A DNA stretch of 64,000 nt from a virus (taxonomy: Duplodnaviria > Caudoviricetes): positions 1,082 through 65,081 of the IMG/VR virus record IMGVR_UViG_3300027833_002080; one strand, written 5' to 3'. This document shows positions 62,801 to 64,000 of the stretch, in pieces. The position numbers and the translations under genes are program-made. The notes beneath the pieces are model-generated. The model was not told the origin of the DNA, searched no databases, and worked only from the letters and a program-made list of their open reading frames with translations. How positions within the stretch are numbered: the stretch's first letter is position 1; each line of letters opens with the position of its first letter.

Positions 62801-64000
62801 ATGACATTACTTTAAATGTTCTTTCAAATGCTAAAGCTAGAGTACAAGAGAGTTTAAATTCAGTTGAAGATACACTTGCTAAGCATGAGCATATTACTGA
62901 TACATCACCTACAAATGTAGGGTTTTTACTAAATGCTAGTAGTCCTATATCTGTAGTTAATGAAGCTAAAATAGCAACTGAATCTTTAGAGGCTGTAACA
63001 AAAGAAATAAACAAAAAATTATCTAATAAAACTTCAGATTTAAAACTTGAAATAGATTCTGCAGTTGAAATGTTAAAGACAGATGAAGCTTTATTAGATG
63101 AACTTTTAAATAAAGACGTACAAACACAAGAAGATGCAAGTGTAATAACTAAACTACAAAATGGTGTAACAAGTATAAAAAAGCAAATTTTAAGTTTAGA
63201 GACAGCATTAACGGAGATTGAAAAAGATTTAAGTATAATACATAATTTTAGCAAAAAATCTTTAAAAGTTAAAACCGCTGGGCAGGCTAGAACTCTTATT
63301 ACAACTTTATTTAACGAGTCTTTTGAATCTAAAGATTACTCAGATTTATACAAAGAAATATTAGAAAATTCTGTGTATAGTATGGTAGTGAATAAAGATA
63401 AATCTTCAGATACTATAGTAGATTTAAATAAACTACAAGCTTTAAAAGCTGAACTTGAAGAGACTGGTGAAGTTACAAAAGAAATGCTGCTAAAAGCTAA
63501 ACCTTCTATTAAAAGGTTGTACAATCAGTTAGCTAAACTAGAAAAAGCTTTAGCAGACATAGAGAGTGCTATAAAATTTAAAGCAGACGGAACACCTTAT
63601 AAGAATACATCAGCTGCTAAGTTAGCAGATAGAAGAAAAGCTTTAGGTGAACTTGAGGTTGCAAAAGATAAATTAGAAGCTGCTAAAGAGCAATATCGCG
63701 ACTCGTTAAATGACCTGTACGCCAGCGTAGCAACTATTTCAAATGTTGCAAGAGATTTAAACGATCATTTAATATTTACTTTAAATACTATTCAAGAGTT
63801 TCAAAACCCAACACCTAAAGCTGAAGAATTAGATGAAGGAGTTGAGGCAACTCAAAATACAATTATGACTGAGGGAGAGTTAGCTGAAGCTCAGCAAGCT
63901 TTTGGAAAAGGTAAACCATTCTTTTCTTCTGCTATTGGATCTCACGGATTATTTAAAACAGCTACTGATCAACTTACTGCAGAGAGAGACCTTCAAGAGT
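59821..64000 (+). CDS. Very large internal cargo protein (partial; position of the virion RNA polymerase gene block)
   Basis: Not in the ORF track because there is no stop in the window. ATG 59821 MEQDYSKYLVKPED...DKWANGMLKF...FFDNDF...LPNYYT...NFWANDF. No RNAP catalytic motif recognised within the window. Confidence 0.8.
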   Translation, partial: MEQDYSKYLVKPEDVATVDENNLTTSDTITAEKKAAEMTPTQIRAARATQGDILKVDWDGAADVPPGMESMYGRTLHNTNYNDYAKYIDKPFSFISDDADDLRAHGQASADKWANGMLKFAGKTGTNILGSTVGLVYGAGAFGMGLFQEGSATKKFFDNDFQRGLDGINEYMDGALPNYYTKNEQDYNLLQSMGTANFWANDFTQGLSFIAGAVLAEGLTSGMASSAVAAKATKILQGASGAKTAGRMAKAADTAADTVKAADALMDAQRLKNGLVTIRQLGTGAMYESGVEARHHYDETLNHLKEQYKEEHGAYPPPEKLAGLADLATKSSNAVFAGNLALVGYGNFMMFPKIFGKGLNSTKGALGKTIKSELKGKVRTYKEVFKDLSKREATGRAVWKALKTPLYEGVVEEGGQKLLDLSGQGAAYDYYLSKRDASSVGMIKDLLLHTEDAFGDAYGSKEGQKEIGIGFLLAAMGLPGRATTTSKDGKTSKKLTWQGGVWGSIQDAKAQQEAITKLRKRLESMPNGMQAFSRNMDTLIRNQVIQDSKDFNTIIDNPFGVHNAEHDEIFNYVSSRIRAGFESELYDDIKHIRKMPLEEFRTAFQYNEKGDLTDNQLKKRREDIANKMEERIESISTTLTKLDQSFVNFGEDQKNAIAHALSIAENSDAREDSIISELSKVKFDVNIEVEEDKAAVDKREADESKLRLKNIWQRLSPKKKKAVLEDNAEAVEKVKKTLNIKELTDPSHIEELHRTLAEEQNELIQQIEEITADESLGEKEKEKKLLELGKKQEAGLLRSSELQKAINEGLDPYISAQEQKMLDAWTKANPLESAKSLEDVKTKLKDLRKLRARRHRAISMFNELQGLREEGAWNPKGWWKVWGMEQGELIPQPELLMQRMLDTTLYQSEDSGNKQLDRLYSNFKGKIVEFQYKNEKGETSTKRYYVTPGQLTSEGDKLLQPIPSFDTIALLKQKQDLQEELEGLKAEEALLEDDDITLNVLSNAKARVQESLNSVEDTLAKHEHITDTSPTNVGFLLNASSPISVVNEAKIATESLEAVTKEINKKLSNKTSDLKLEIDSAVEMLKTDEALLDELLNKDVQTQEDASVITKLQNGVTSIKKQILSLETALTEIEKDLSIIHNFSKKSLKVKTAGQARTLITTLFNESFESKDYSDLYKEILENSVYSMVVNKDKSSDTIVDLNKLQALKAELEETGEVTKEMLLKAKPSIKRLYNQLAKLEKALADIESAIKFKADGTPYKNTSAAKLADRRKALGELEVAKDKLEAAKEQYRDSLNDLYASVATISNVARDLNDHLIFTLNTIQEFQNPTPKAEELDEGVEATQNTIMTEGELAEAQQAFGKGKPFFSSAIGSHGLFKTATDQLTAERDLQE

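Noticed and set aside
2470-63524. Numerous short antisense or nested ORFs in the track (for example 3810, 18176, 20580, 38320, 44367, 54422, 62652)
   Set aside because: Shadow frames of well-supported genes, with no recognisable motifs.
1-64000. Stop-codon reassignment (TAG or TGA), known in some Crassvirales
   Set aside because: Long genes are intact in the standard code, and TAG (terL, 41370) and TGA serve as normal stops at gene ends.

Overview
This 64 kb window is part of a crAss-like (Crassvirales-type) podophage genome, read in the standard genetic code. A Bacteroidota host is supported by TAnnTTTG promoters, signal peptides followed by Gln and a SprB-like repeat; a marine Flavobacteriia host is a guess. 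Bases 1-8400 (minus strand) hold early and replication genes: DnaB-like helicase, replisome organiser-like protein, SF2 helicase, stand-alone DnaA domain IV, family A DNA polymerase, putative SSB and small hypotheticals. A GC-rich palindromic junction (about 8430-8530) is followed by two promoter-driven structured non-coding segments flanking a Cys-rich mini-ORF. The plus-strand late module then runs: GroES, HU/IHF, TerL, portal, acidic scaffold, major capsid protein, ring proteins, a 4835-aa Cys-repeat fibre/adhesin, tail fibres, an envelope cassette (beta-barrel, membrane protein, CxxC-less thioredoxin), M15 endolysin, holin, muzzle/stabilisation protein and large cargo proteins running off the right end. 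Most interesting: the structured RNA locus at 8.55-9.16 kb, the envelope cassette, the recurring xxGG motif in internal proteins, the giant Cys-repeat protein and an anticodon-less tRNA-like element. All calls come from motifs and synteny read by eye; no searches were run.
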